DNA from: Chitinophagales bacterium | Lineage (GTDB): Bacteria; Bacteroidota; Bacteroidia; Chitinophagales; Chitinophagaceae | Assembly (NCBI GenBank): GCA_038234405.1 | Contig: JBBQTZ010000001.1 | Location: 1 to 61,438, forward strand | Length of the DNA: 61,438 nucleotides | Reading direction: 5' to 3' | In this document: positions 10,336 to 20,299 of the stretch, in pieces | Layout of the letters: every line of letters begins with the position of its first letter | Numbering within the stretch: the first letter of the stretch is position 1 | Position numbers and translations under genes: made by a program | Notes under the pieces: model-generated | The model's input: the letters and a program-made list of their open reading frames with translations, nothing else | Database searches by the model: none | Told to the model about the DNA's origin: nothing

Positions 10336-12312
10336 TTACATCTTTTCTTCCAATTCCATTATTTTTTCAAACACAGTCTCATACTCTTTATTTAACGTAT
10401 TTAGTTCTGCTTTATTCTTATGGTATTCATTTTCTGTTTGCTGAAATTTATCTTTATTGGTATAACTGTCTGGCGAGGCCATTGTAGCTTCCAATTCTAT
10501 TTTACGTTTATTGAGTTGAGCAATTTTTTCCTCTAGTTGCTGAAACCTGTTTTTATGCTTTTGGTATTCTTTTTTTAGTTCTTTGTCCACCGGTAAATTA
10601 TTGACAGGTTGTTGTACAGGCGCCTGCGCTTTTGGCTGCTCTTTTACAACTGTTTGTTTTTGATTAGTTGGCTTGGTAGCTTCATTTGCTTTTTGATCTT
10701 TCAAACGTTCCAATTCACGCCGCTCTTTCCACTCAAGCCACTCAGCATACGAGCCCTTAAATTCCACAATTTTATGGTCTTCTATCTCCCATATTTTATT
10801 GGCTATTTTACTTATAAAATACCTATCATGACTTACCAGCACAATACTGCCTTCGTATTTATTTAAAGATTCAATTAACAATTCTACAGAGTGAATATCA
10901 AGGTGATTTGTTGGTTCATCCAGCATTAAAAAATTTGCTTTGCTTACAATTGTTTTTGCCAAAGCCACCCTTGCTTTTTCGCCTCCGCTTAATACTTTAA
11001 TTTTTTTATCTACCGCATCGCCGCTAAATAAAAAACATCCCAGTAAACTCCTAAGTTCTAAATCTGTTTTTCCACTTCGGGCATCCTTCATTTCTTCCAG
11101 CACATTGTTGTTCATATTCAGTGCTTCCAACTGATGCTGTGCGTAAAATGATTCATCTACATTATGCCCCCAAACCCTTTCGCCGGTAATTTCTTCACTA
11201 CCAACAATAACCCTTAATAAGGTAGATTTTCCTTTTCCATTAGCCCCAATCAAAGCAATTTTATCTCCACGGTCAATTTCTGCACCGGTATTTTCCATAA
11301 TAGTAAGGTCGCCAAATTGTTTAGTTACATTTTTTAATGTGCATAACACTCTGCCCGGTACTTTATCAATAGTAAAATTGATACGCATATTGGGTCTCTC
11401 AATTTCTACATTTTCTATTCTGTCTAATTTTTCTAAACGCTTTACAATACTTTGTGCCGCCGCAGCCTTACTCGCTTTGGCTTTAAAACGTTCTACAAAG
11501 CGTTCGTTTTGGCGAATATAATCCTGCTGATTTTCATAAGCTTTCTGTTGTATATCTACCCTTAAAGCTTTTTCCTGCTCGTAATAGCTATAGTTACCTG
11601 TATAAAAATGTAATTTTTGTTGATAGAGTTCTACTACTTTGGTAACCATTCTGTCTAAAAAGTACCTATCATGGCTTACCATTACTACGGCACCGGAATA
11701 ATTTTTCAAATATTTTTCCAACCATTCAATACTAGGTAAATCAAGGTGATTGGTAGGTTCATCCAACAACAATACATCGGGATGCATTAAAATCATTTTT
11801 GCCAGTAATACCCTCATGCGCCATCCTCCACTAAATAGTTTGTAAGGCTTTTGAAGACTTTCGTTTGTAAAACCAAGGCCCTGTAAAATTTCTTCTGTTT
11901 TATGGTGAATATCGTACCCGCCTAATACTTCCAGTTCATGTAATTTATCTGCATAATCATGCGCAAGACTTTCATCGCCGGTAAGTTCCAGTTCTTTTCC
12001 AATGGCTTCAATTTCTTTTTCCAATTGTTTTACCTTTTCAAAAGCACCTAACGCAACCTCTAATATGGAATCGTCAGTATCAAAACTTAACAAATCCTGG
12101 TGCAGAAAGCCAATGGTAGTTTCCCTGCCTTGTTCTACAGTACCGGCATTGGGTAAATATTGACGGGTAAGAACTTTTAATAAGGTAGATTTTCCTGTGC
12201 CATTATAGCCTATCAGGCCAATTCTTTCATTGGGTTGAATGTGCCAGGTAGCATCTTCTACTATTGTTCTTGCACCAAATTCAAATGTTACGTTTTGTAA
12301 TCCTAACAGCAT
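10336..12312 (-). CDS. ABC-F family ATP-binding protein (Uup/YdiF-like) with C-terminal coiled coil
   Basis: Two ABC domains (GYNGTGKST, FSGGWRMR, LLDEPTNHLD; GANGKGKST, LSGGEKAR, MLDEPTNHLD); no TM segments. Confidence 0.93.
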   Translation of the reverse strand: MLLGLQNVTFEFGARTIVEDATWHIQPNERIGLIGYNGTGKSTLLKVLTRQYLPNAGTVEQGRETTIGFLHQDLLSFDTDDSILEVALGAFEKVKQLEKEIEAIGKELELTGDESLAHDYADKLHELEVLGGYDIHHKTEEILQGLGFTNESLQKPYKLFSGGWRMRVLLAKMILMHPDVLLLDEPTNHLDLPSIEWLEKYLKNYSGAVVMVSHDRYFLDRMVTKVVELYQQKLHFYTGNYSYYEQEKALRVDIQQKAYENQQDYIRQNERFVERFKAKASKAAAAQSIVKRLEKLDRIENVEIERPNMRINFTIDKVPGRVLCTLKNVTKQFGDLTIMENTGAEIDRGDKIALIGANGKGKSTLLRVIVGSEEITGERVWGHNVDESFYAQHQLEALNMNNNVLEEMKDARSGKTDLELRSLLGCFLFSGDAVDKKIKVLSGGEKARVALAKTIVSKANFLMLDEPTNHLDIHSVELLIESLNKYEGSIVLVSHDRYFISKIANKIWEIEDHKIVEFKGSYAEWLEWKERRELERLKDQKANEATKPTNQKQTVVKEQPKAQAPVQQPVNNLPVDKELKKEYQKHKNRFQQLEEKIAQLNKRKIELEATMASPDSYTNKDKFQQTENEYHKNKAELNTLNKEYETVFEKIMELEEKM

Positions 12313-12355
12313 AAATTTTATATAAATTAAATGGTTGTATTTTTATTTTTGCGTG

Positions 12356-12412
12356 CAAAAGTAACTTAATAAGCAAACTAATGCCCAAATTTGATGTTAA
12401 CCTGTAATTTTG
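12356..12412. promoter_or_regulatory. Divergent Bacteroidota sigma-A -7 elements for ABC-F (-) and the DUF3347 gene (+)
   Basis: TACTTTTG on the minus strand (12363-12356) and TAATTTTG on the plus strand (12405-12412) both fit TAnnTTTG. Confidence 0.55.
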
Positions 12413-12429
12413 TAAAAAATTTTATTCGT

Positions 12430-13032
12430 ATGAAAAAAATTATCTTATCAATTTTAGCACTTTCAGGCATTTTTTCAATCTATTGGTTTCAGTTTAGAGA
12501 TACCAATACTTCTGCTGCACCAAAGCAAGAAGCTATTAAGGTTAAAAAGCACTCAGAAACGTTTAACAACCGTATAGATTCGTTGTTGCAATCTTATTTT
12601 GAAATAAAAGCTGCTTTTGTAAATGCAGATAGCACTAAGGCAAAGCTTGCAAGCGATTCATTTATTACACTTGCCGGCAGATTAAATATAGAGGAGTTAA
12701 AAACAGACTCTGCTGGCATTTTTGAAAGTGCCGCTGCTTTTATAAATGATATACAATTGGGAGCTAAAAGCCTTTCCGCACAAAAAAATATAACAGAAAT
12801 GCGGCAAGATTTTAAAGGGATTAGTGACAATATTTACCCTTTGCTTAAGACAATACATTATGAGGGTAAAAAGCTATATTGGCAAAATTGCCCTATGGCT
12901 TTTGGAGATAATAATGGAGCTGACTGGATAAGTAATACTGAGGAAATCCTAAATCCATACTTAGGTAAAAATCATCCTGAATATAAAAGTTCTATGCTCC
13001 ATTGCGGAGTTATAAAGGATACCATACAATAA
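12430..13032 (+). CDS. DUF3347 domain-containing exported protein (metal-binding/Cus-associated type)
   Basis: Likely start MKKIILS at 12430; YFEIKAAFV, CPMAFG..GADWIS, NPYLG...MLHCG motifs. Confidence 0.8.
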   Translation: MKKIILSILALSGIFSIYWFQFRDTNTSAAPKQEAIKVKKHSETFNNRIDSLLQSYFEIKAAFVNADSTKAKLASDSFITLAGRLNIEELKTDSAGIFESAAAFINDIQLGAKSLSAQKNITEMRQDFKGISDNIYPLLKTIHYEGKKLYWQNCPMAFGDNNGADWISNTEEILNPYLGKNHPEYKSSMLHCGVIKDTIQ

Positions 13033-13184
13033 TGGTTTTAGTAAGATGTTAGCTGGTTTCAATAATATTTTACGTAAAAATTTAAACCTTGTTTTACAAT
13101 TGAATTATTAATAAAGGTTACCGCAGTAATATAATTCCAACTACAAAATCAGGGTTTAACAACCCTTCAATATGCATAATATAT

Positions 13185-13227
13185 AAAACAACAAACCCCG
13201 GTAAAATTGACTGGGGTTTGTTGTTTT
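13185..13227. terminator. Bidirectional intrinsic terminator between convergent genes
   Basis: AAAACAACAAACCCC / GGGGTTTGTTGTTTT 15-bp inverted repeat. Confidence 0.8.
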
Positions 13228-13246
13228 TGATAAGGTACGGTTTAAA

Positions 13247-13690
13247 TCAGCGTACAAATCCTTGAAATGTTACAACTTTTGAACCTGGATAAGCATTGTT
13301 ATCTGTAGAGGTTGTTTCTATATTAAAATTAGTTGTAGTAAGCAACAGTATTTTCCATTTTCTATTGTCGCTTCCAATTTGTATTCTAATTGAATCGTAC
13401 TTGTAAAGTGTGTAGTTGCCGGATGAGGTGGTTGCCTGGTTGAAATTATAATTTAAAGTAGAGATGCCATTGAATGTTACAAAATTTTCAACAACAGGCC
13501 TCCAGGGTATAGTGCTGTCTTTTATAATAGTAGATCCATTCAATACCTGCATCCTAATAGCATTAATACTCCATTTACCAGCGGCTTTGTCGAGTGTTAC
13601 AGGATCTTTTATACCCTTTTTACAACCGGTATTAATAAATGTTACAAGTAAAATACTTACAATATATGGTATAAGTAAAAGTTTTTTCAC
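13247..13690 (-). CDS. Lipoprotein, lipocalin-like beta-barrel
   Basis: Likely GTG start at 13690 (VKKLLLIPYIVSILLVTFINTGC lipobox); GKWSI motif. The upstream extension in the ORF track overlaps the neighbouring gene. Confidence 0.65.
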   Translation of the reverse strand: MKKLLLIPYIVSILLVTFINTGCKKGIKDPVTLDKAAGKWSINAIRMQVLNGSTIIKDSTIPWRPVVENFVTFNGISTLNYNFNQATTSSGNYTLYKYDSIRIQIGSDNRKWKILLLTTTNFNIETTSTDNNAYPGSKVVTFQGFVR

Positions 13691-13730
13691 AGAGAAATTG
13701 ATTTCTCTTAATAACGTTTTACCAGCTACT

Positions 13731-14900
13731 TTATTGCACTTTAGGCTGATGAATAAAATGAATGGTGCCACTGTTTTTGAGGTCAGAAGAAATGCGTACT
13801 TCATATCGTTTTTCTCCATCATTTACTACCATTAATGCAGTGTTGGGTGGTATTTCACCTAAATTTTCTGCATACATGGTAAGCTCATTAATGGCAAATC
13901 CGGTGGTAGCATCCAAAGTAAGTGAAATGGGTTTTTCACTCAGCATTTTACTTGATAAAATAAGTTTTCCATTATAAAAAAGTGAAACCATATCTCCATC
14001 AACTTCACCATTATCATAAAGGGTTACTGTAAAAGTTTCGTTTTCAATTTGAATTGTTTTTAAAAGTTCAGTTTTTCTTTTTTCAAAAATCATGTCCGGT
14101 TTGCCAGGCAATTCGTCCAGCTTTTTTATTGAAGGTTTTGCTTCCTTAGCTATAGGAATCAACGTAATATCAGCTTTTGTTGATGGTAGCATAGGCACTA
14201 CTGATGGATTTACAGGTTTCTTTGCTACTGGTATTTCCTTTGCAGCAGGTGTACTTTTCGCTAAGGTGCTATTATTTTTCACATTCGAACTTTTAGTTTT
14301 TGCAACTTCGGTTTTATTTTTAATAAGTGGAGTTGTTTTGGCGCTTTGTCCGCTTAGGTTAATAGCTTTTTTTTCTACCTTATCTGTTCCTGTTATTTTT
14401 TCTTTTGTTGCTGGTTTAAAAGTTGCAAGATCTTTGCTTAGCGTTCTTCTTGTAAGCAAAGTTGTTCCAGAACCACAGTTGGCTCTTTGCCCCGGTGCAG
14501 ATTGCCATTTTCCCTTCATTTGCTCAACAGATCCATCTTTTTCGTAAGATAAAAAATGTGTTTGCAAACAATCGCCAAAATCTGGTGGTGTATTACCCTT
14601 AACTCTTTCCATCTCAGTAACCTTTATGCTTTTACTGTTTTTATAATATATACCCTCAAGTTTACATATTACATAGTATTTTCTGTTTTGAAAGTAAGAA
14701 TAGGAAAAGCCCGATACCTCATTGTCGTTAATTTCTAATTCAAGTACATACTCAGTATTGCTATTGCCATTTAATACAATATCCCCTTTGCTATCAAAAT
14801 ATCCACGCCATTGCCCATTAATTTTTTGTGCAAATGTTTCAAATGATAGTAATAATATAAATGACACTGTCAAAGCTGAAAAAAAATGTTTCATGTTCAC
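13731..14900 (-). CDS. Conserved Bacteroidota exported hypothetical protein
   Basis: Signal peptide (..ETFAQ), GQWRG N-domain, K/P-rich linker, C-domain LYDNGEVDGD...AENLGEIPPNTA. Confidence 0.75.
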   Translation of the reverse strand: MNMKHFFSALTVSFILLLSFETFAQKINGQWRGYFDSKGDIVLNGNSNTEYVLELEINDNEVSGFSYSYFQNRKYYVICKLEGIYYKNSKSIKVTEMERVKGNTPPDFGDCLQTHFLSYEKDGSVEQMKGKWQSAPGQRANCGSGTTLLTRRTLSKDLATFKPATKEKITGTDKVEKKAINLSGQSAKTTPLIKNKTEVAKTKSSNVKNNSTLAKSTPAAKEIPVAKKPVNPSVVPMLPSTKADITLIPIAKEAKPSIKKLDELPGKPDMIFEKRKTELLKTIQIENETFTVTLYDNGEVDGDMVSLFYNGKLILSSKMLSEKPISLTLDATTGFAINELTMYAENLGEIPPNTALMVVNDGEKRYEVRISSDLKNSGTIHFIHQPKVQ

Positions 14901-14942
14901 TGTTTCGTTAAGTTAGTTAAATGATTATGTGTAAAGAATTGG

Positions 14943-14992
14943 CGAAGTTATTACGGATTAATTTTTCCATCGCTAATAGTTCGTTAAATTTG
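14943..14992. promoter_or_regulatory. Divergent promoters: thrS (+) and hypothetical gene (-)
   Basis: TAAATTTG at 14985-14992 (+); TAACTTCG at 14950-14943 (-). Confidence 0.55.
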
Positions 14993-15024
14993 CGCTCAAA
15001 ATTAAAGTATTACACCTATTATAT

Positions 15025-16965
15025 ATGATAAATATTACGTTGCCGGATGGTGCAGTAAGGGAATATCCAACAGGAACTACAGCTATGGACGTTGCCAAAT
15101 CCATTAGTGAAGGCTTGGCCCGTAAGGTTTTGGCCGCCAAAGTAAATGATTCAGTCTGGGACGCCACAAGGCCAATTAATACTGATGCTTCTTTACAATT
15201 ATTAACCTGGAATGATACTGATGGTAAAACTACATTTTGGCATTCATCTGCCCATTTATTGGCAGAAGCATTGGAATTTTATTATCCTGGGGTAAAGTTT
15301 GGTTATGGCCCTCCCGGCGAAAAAGGTTTTTATTATGACGTTGATTTAGATGGCCAAACTATTGGTGAAGAAGACCTGATAAAGTTGGAGAAAAAAATGG
15401 CAGAGTTGGCCAAAAACAATTCCATTTTTGAGAGAAAGGAAATAAGTAAAGCTGATGCGGAAAAATATTTTACTGAAAAAGGCGATCAATACAAGCTGGA
15501 AATTATTGAAAGGCTTGCTGATGGTGAAATTACTTTTTATACACAAGGCAATTTCACAGATTTGTGCAGAGGCCCGCATATACCCAATACAGGATTTATT
15601 AAAGCCATCAAACTTACCAATATAGCAGGTGCTTATTGGTTAAATGATGAAAAAAATAAAATGCTTACCCGTATTTATGGAGTTACTTTTCCGGCCCAAA
15701 AAGAGTTGGAAGAGTATATTATATTAATGGAAGAAGCAAAAAAAAGAGACCATAGAAAACTTGGGAAAGAATTAGAGTTATTTGCTTTTTCAGAAAAAGT
15801 GGGCATGGGCCTGCCTTTGTGGCTTCCCAAAGGCGCAATGCTACGGGAAAGATTGCAACAGTTTTTACAAAAAGCACAAATGGACTCCGGTTACCTTCCG
15901 GTAATTACGCCACATATTGGCCACAAAAATTTATATGTTACTTCCGGCCATTACGAAAAGTATGGTAAGGATAGTTTTCAACCAATTAAAACACCACAGG
16001 AAGGGGAGGAGTTTTTTTTAAAACCAATGAACTGCCCCCATCATTGTGAAATTTATAAAACATCGCCCCGTAGCTATAAAGATTTGCCATTGCGCCTTGC
16101 AGAATTTGGAACTGTTTATCGGTACGAGCAGCATGGAGAGTTACATGGCCTTACAAGAGTTAGGGGGTTTACCCAAGATGATGCCCACTTATTTTGTATG
16201 CCCAATCAGGTAAAAGAGGAGTTTAAAAAAGTGATTGACCTTGTTTTATACGTTTTTCATTCACTTAGTTTTACGGACTATACTGCCCAAATTTCTTTAA
16301 GAGATAAGGATGACAGAGCTAAATACATTGGATCTGATGAGAATTGGGAACTGGCAGAGCAGGCAATTATAGAAGCCGCTGCCGAAAAGGGTTTAAATAC
16401 AATAGTTGAATACGGCGAAGCTGCATTTTATGGGCCTAAACTCGATTTTATGGTAAGAGATGCTATAGGTCGTAAATGGCAATTAGGTACCATTCAGGTA
16501 GATTATAATTTGCCTGAAAGGTTTGATCTTACCTATATTGGAGAAGATAATGCGAAGCATCGCCCTGTAATGATACATAGAGCACCATTTGGCAGCATGG
16601 AGCGTTTTATTGCAGTATTAATTGAGCATTGTGCAGGTAAATTTCCATTATGGTTAGCGCCTGTTCAGGTAAAATTATTACCTATTAGTGATAAATTTAT
16701 TCCCTATTGCCAGCAAGTACAGCAAGAATTAAAAGAAGTAGAAATACGTGCCGAAATTGATGACCGAAACGAAAAAATCGGTAAAAAAATTCGAGATACA
16801 GAATTAAATAAAGTACCCTTAATGCTTGTAATTGGCGAAAAAGAAATGAATGAGCATAAAGTAGCCGTTCGCCGGCAGGGTAAAGGTGATATTGGCGTAC
16901 AATCTGTTGAAGAATTTATTGCTATGGTAAATGAAGAGGTAAAAAGTAAAAGAGCAATTGAATAA
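15025..16965 (+). CDS. thrS: Threonine--tRNA ligase
   Basis: TGS domain, HSSAH and DLCRGPH editing motifs, [17 protein letters not shown]. Confidence 0.98.
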   Translation: MINITLPDGAVREYPTGTTAMDVAKSISEGLARKVLAAKVNDSVWDATRPINTDASLQLLTWNDTDGKTTFWHSSAHLLAEALEFYYPGVKFGYGPPGEKGFYYDVDLDGQTIGEEDLIKLEKKMAELAKNNSIFERKEISKADAEKYFTEKGDQYKLEIIERLADGEITFYTQGNFTDLCRGPHIPNTGFIKAIKLTNIAGAYWLNDEKNKMLTRIYGVTFPAQKELEEYIILMEEAKKRDHRKLGKELELFAFSEKVGMGLPLWLPKGAMLRERLQQFLQKAQMDSGYLPVITPHIGHKNLYVTSGHYEKYGKDSFQPIKTPQEGEEFFLKPMNCPHHCEIYKTSPRSYKDLPLRLAEFGTVYRYEQHGELHGLTRVRGFTQDDAHLFCMPNQVKEEFKKVIDLVLYVFHSLSFTDYTAQISLRDKDDRAKYIGSDENWELAEQAIIEAAAEKGLNTIVEYGEAAFYGPKLDFMVRDAIGRKWQLGTIQVDYNLPERFDLTYIGEDNAKHRPVMIHRAPFGSMERFIAVLIEHCAGKFPLWLAPVQVKLLPISDKFIPYCQQVQQELKEVEIRAEIDDRNEKIGKKIRDTELNKVPLMLVIGEKEMNEHKVAVRRQGKGDIGVQSVEEFIAMVNEEVKSKRAIE

Positions 16966-17111
16966 AAAACTATATTTACATTGTTACAGCATTATCAATT
17001 TTGTTATAACAGAACAAAACAAATAATTTTTCGGCATTTAATTAAAAAATAAAAACAAAATTGCTTGTAAAATTTGCAAAAAGCCGATTGCAAAAACCAA
17101 GCTAATAAAGT

Positions 17112-17702
17112 ATGGCATTTCCTCCAAGGCCACCCCGTGGCGCATTCAACCCCCGCTTTAAAAAAGAGCAGCAGCAAGAACATCGCACTAATCACATGAT
17201 AAGAGTGCCTGAAGTTCGTTTGGTAGGTGATAATATTGAACCTGGCATCTACCCAACTGCCGATGCAGCCAAAATGGCACAAGACCAGCAGCTTGATTTG
17301 GTAGAAATTTCTCCCGGTGCTACGCCGCCCGTATGTAAAATTATTGACTACAATAAATTTTTGTACGATGAGAAGAAGAAGAAAAAAGAAATGAAGGCCA
17401 AGTCAAAAACGAGTGAGGTTAAAGAAGTTCGTTTTACACCTAATACAGATGATCATGATTTTGAATTTAAATGCAAGCATGCAGAAAAGTTTTTGCAGGA
17501 TGGCAATAAAGTAAAAGCCCATGTTCAATTTAAAGGCCGGGCTATTATGTTTAAAGAAAGGGGAGAATTATTATTACTAAAGTTTGCAGATAGATTGAAA
17601 GATGTAGGCGCCTTAGAGGGTATGCCTAAAATGGAAGGCAAGCGAATGTTGGTGATGTTTGCACCTAAAAGTCAGAAAAAAGCAAAAAATGCTGATAAAT
17701 AA
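17112..17702 (+). CDS. infC: Translation initiation factor IF-3
   Basis: IRVPEVRLV, DLVEISP..PPVCKIIDY, KEVRF, FKGR motifs; follows thrS. Confidence 0.97.
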   Translation: MAFPPRPPRGAFNPRFKKEQQQEHRTNHMIRVPEVRLVGDNIEPGIYPTADAAKMAQDQQLDLVEISPGATPPVCKIIDYNKFLYDEKKKKKEMKAKSKTSEVKEVRFTPNTDDHDFEFKCKHAEKFLQDGNKVKAHVQFKGRAIMFKERGELLLLKFADRLKDVGALEGMPKMEGKRMLVMFAPKSQKKAKNADK

Positions 17703-17703
17703 G

Positions 17704-17735
17704 TTAAAACGGGAAGCAATTGCTTCCCGTTTTAA
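17704..17735 (+). terminator. Intrinsic terminator after infC (perfect 32-bp palindrome)
   Basis: TTAAAACGGGAAGCAA|TTGCTTCCCGTTTTAA. Confidence 0.8.
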
Positions 17736-17830
17736 TTTACATAATTACCATAAATAAAATCTTAAAAAATACAATTTAAAAGAGCATTCTTTACATATTT
17801 TCCTGTTGTAGCAGTAAATCTTCAATTCAA

Positions 17831-17862
17831 TTTGCAAACTGCAAATATTTATCCTACCTTCG
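17831..17862 (+). promoter_or_regulatory. Sigma-A promoter for rpmI-rplT
   Basis: -33 TTTG (17831-17834), 20-nt spacer, -7 TACCTTCG (17855-17862). Confidence 0.65.
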
Positions 17863-17965
17863 CCGCCCAAAAAAGAAAATTCTTTTTTATACATTTCCCA
17901 CAAGGCTCTACAAGTGGCTTCCATTGAAGCCCGCCAGCAGGGAGTAACTATTTTAAGTTATAATA

Positions 17966-18166
17966 ATGCCAAAAGTAAAAACAAACTCAAGCGCAAAAAA
18001 GCGCTTTAAAGTGACAGGTACTGGTTTAATTACCTACCAAAAACCCTTCAAACGACACATCTTAACAAAGAAATCAACCAAGCGCAAGCGTGCCATGAGA
18101 AAAGATGGCATGGTTCATCCAACCCAGCAGGCATTTGTAATGCGTTTACTAAGACTTAGAGGATAA
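17966..18166 (+). CDS. rpmI: 50S ribosomal protein L35
   Basis: [20 protein letters not shown]. Confidence 0.98.
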   Translation: MPKVKTNSSAKKRFKVTGTGLITYQKPFKRHILTKKSTKRKRAMRKDGMVHPTQQAFVMRLLRLRG

Positions 18167-18215
18167 GTAAAAGTGATTTGGTTTTAAATTTATTAAATTT
18201 CAAAAAAATTAAGAT

Positions 18216-18560
18216 ATGCCACGTTCTAAAAATGCAGTAGCATCAAGAGCTAGAAGGAAAAGAGTATTAAAAGCCGCTAAAGGTTATTACGGTAAACGTA
18301 AAAATGTATACACCGTTGCCAAAAATGTAATGGAAAAAGGTTTAACGTATGCTTACGTTGGCCGTAAATTAAAGAAGAGAGAGTACCGCACTTTATGGAT
18401 TGCACGTATTAATGCAGCCGTTCGGGAAGAAGGACTTACTTATAGTGAGTTTATACACAAATTAGCAGTAAAAGAAATTACCATAAACCGTAAGGTATTA
18501 GCTGATTTAGCTATGAATGAGCCCGAAAGTTTCAAGAGTTTGGTTGCACAAGTTAAATAG
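18216..18560 (+). CDS. rplT: 50S ribosomal protein L20
   Basis: [29 protein letters not shown]. Confidence 0.98.
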   Translation: MPRSKNAVASRARRKRVLKAAKGYYGKRKNVYTVAKNVMEKGLTYAYVGRKLKKREYRTLWIARINAAVREEGLTYSEFIHKLAVKEITINRKVLADLAMNEPESFKSLVAQVK

Positions 18561-18583
18561 TGCTCAAATTAAAAAATAACATA

Positions 18584-18617
18584 GCCGGTTGTGATTTATA
18601 TCATAACCGGTTTTTTT
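18584..18617 (+). terminator. Intrinsic terminator after rplT
   Basis: CCGGTTGTGAT / ATCATAACCGG stem followed by a T-tract. Confidence 0.8.
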
Positions 18618-18653
18618 GTTAAAAAAATAATAAAGCAGCATTTATCATTCAAT

Positions 18654-18661
18654 TACATTTG
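18654..18661 (+). promoter_or_regulatory. -7 promoter element for speA
   Basis: TACATTTG matches TAnnTTTG, ~26 nt before the ATG. Confidence 0.55.
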
Positions 18662-18687
18662 CAAATAATTAAAACCTATTTTACTTA

Positions 18688-20091
18688 ATGACGAACTTGA
18701 ATAACACGTACGCTGACCTGGTAGATCAAACCTTTAATTTTCCTCAGCCAGATTTTAAAGTTGAAAATTCTTATTTACAATATAATGGACAAGATCTTAA
18801 GGCTCTTATTGATAAATATGGAACACCTTTAAAATTGACTTATTTACCCAAAATTGGCATGCAGATAACAAAAGCCAAAACCATGTTTGAAAATGCCTTT
18901 AAAAAGCATAAATACGAGGGTAAATACAATTATTGTTATTGTACCAAAAGTTCACATTTTTCTTTTATTGTAGAGGAAACCTTGAAGAATAATATTCATT
19001 TAGAAACATCTTATGCTTACGATATTGATATTGTAAACAAATTATACTCCCGTAGAAAAATTAATAAAGAAACATTTATAATTTGTAATGGCTACAAACA
19101 AAAGCCTTACACTAACCGCATTGCCAGGTTGTTAAATACCGGATTTAAAAATGTAATACCCATTTTAGATAATAAAGAAGAGTTAAAAGCATATAAAAAT
19201 GTAAAAGGCCCTTTTAAACTTGGAATAAGAGTTGCGGCAGAAGAAGAACCTAATTTTCCTTTTTACACTTCTCGCCTTGGTATGCGTGCAAAAGATGTTT
19301 TGGGATTTTATGTAGATGAAATTGAAGGTTTTGAGCATAAGTTTCAGCTAAAAATGCTTCATATTTTTTTAAATAAAGGCATAAAAGATGATATTTATTA
19401 CTGGAGTGAATTAAATAAAGTTATTAATCTTTATTGCCAACTAAAAAAGATTTGTCCGGAGTTGGATTCCATTAATATTGGTGGCGGTTTCCCTATTAAG
19501 CATTCTTTGGGTTTTGAGTACGATTATCAATTTATGATAAACGAAATAGTAAGAAATATTAAAGTTGCCTGTGTTAGAAGCAAAGTGCCAATGCCCAATA
19601 TTTTTACTGAGTTTGGTAGCTATACCGTTGGCGAAAGCATGGCTCATATTTACAGCGTTATTGGCGAAAAAATGCAGAATGACCGGGAAATATGGTATAT
19701 GATCGATTCATCTTTTATTACAACCTTACCAGATACCTGGGGTATAGGCGAAAAATTTTTAATGCTGCCCATTAATAAATGGAAAAATGAATACCAACGG
19801 GTTACCTTAGGTGGTATTACTTGTGATAGCCATGATTACTACGACTCTGAAGAGCATATTAATGAAGTATTTCTGCCAAAGCTAACCCCCGGTGGAGAGC
19901 CATTATATGTAGGCTTCTTTCATACAGGTGCTTACCAGGATCAAATAAGTGGGTATGGAGGTATTAAGCATTGCCTTATACCATCACCCAAACATATAGT
20001 TATAGGGCATGATAAAACAGGTAAATTGGTAGATTGGGTTTATGCCAAAGAACAATCAGCACAGAGTATGTTAAAAATACTTGGTTACTAG
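18688..20091 (+). CDS. speA: Arginine decarboxylase (Bacteroidota type, PLP fold III)
   Basis: YCTKSS (PLP Lys), ICNGYK, SRLG, NIGGGF, TCDSHD, GAYQD motifs. Confidence 0.88.
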   Translation: MTNLNNTYADLVDQTFNFPQPDFKVENSYLQYNGQDLKALIDKYGTPLKLTYLPKIGMQITKAKTMFENAFKKHKYEGKYNYCYCTKSSHFSFIVEETLKNNIHLETSYAYDIDIVNKLYSRRKINKETFIICNGYKQKPYTNRIARLLNTGFKNVIPILDNKEELKAYKNVKGPFKLGIRVAAEEEPNFPFYTSRLGMRAKDVLGFYVDEIEGFEHKFQLKMLHIFLNKGIKDDIYYWSELNKVINLYCQLKKICPELDSINIGGGFPIKHSLGFEYDYQFMINEIVRNIKVACVRSKVPMPNIFTEFGSYTVGESMAHIYSVIGEKMQNDREIWYMIDSSFITTLPDTWGIGEKFLMLPINKWKNEYQRVTLGGITCDSHDYYDSEEHINEVFLPKLTPGGEPLYVGFFHTGAYQDQISGYGGIKHCLIPSPKHIVIGHDKTGKLVDWVYAKEQSAQSMLKILGY

Positions 20092-20299
20092 TTAATTTAA
20101 GCAATCCCTCAAATTAAATTTTTGGTGCTTTTGTATAAACGGCATTAATTAATTAATTTATAAATTGGTATTTCTTATACAATGCCTGCTACTGGTATAT
20201 TATATGGTTATTTAGCTCAGTAACTCTTTTTAATTATCAATCTTAGACAGGATTACTATTTTTTATTAATTGTACATCTAACTAAAAAATACTTATCTG

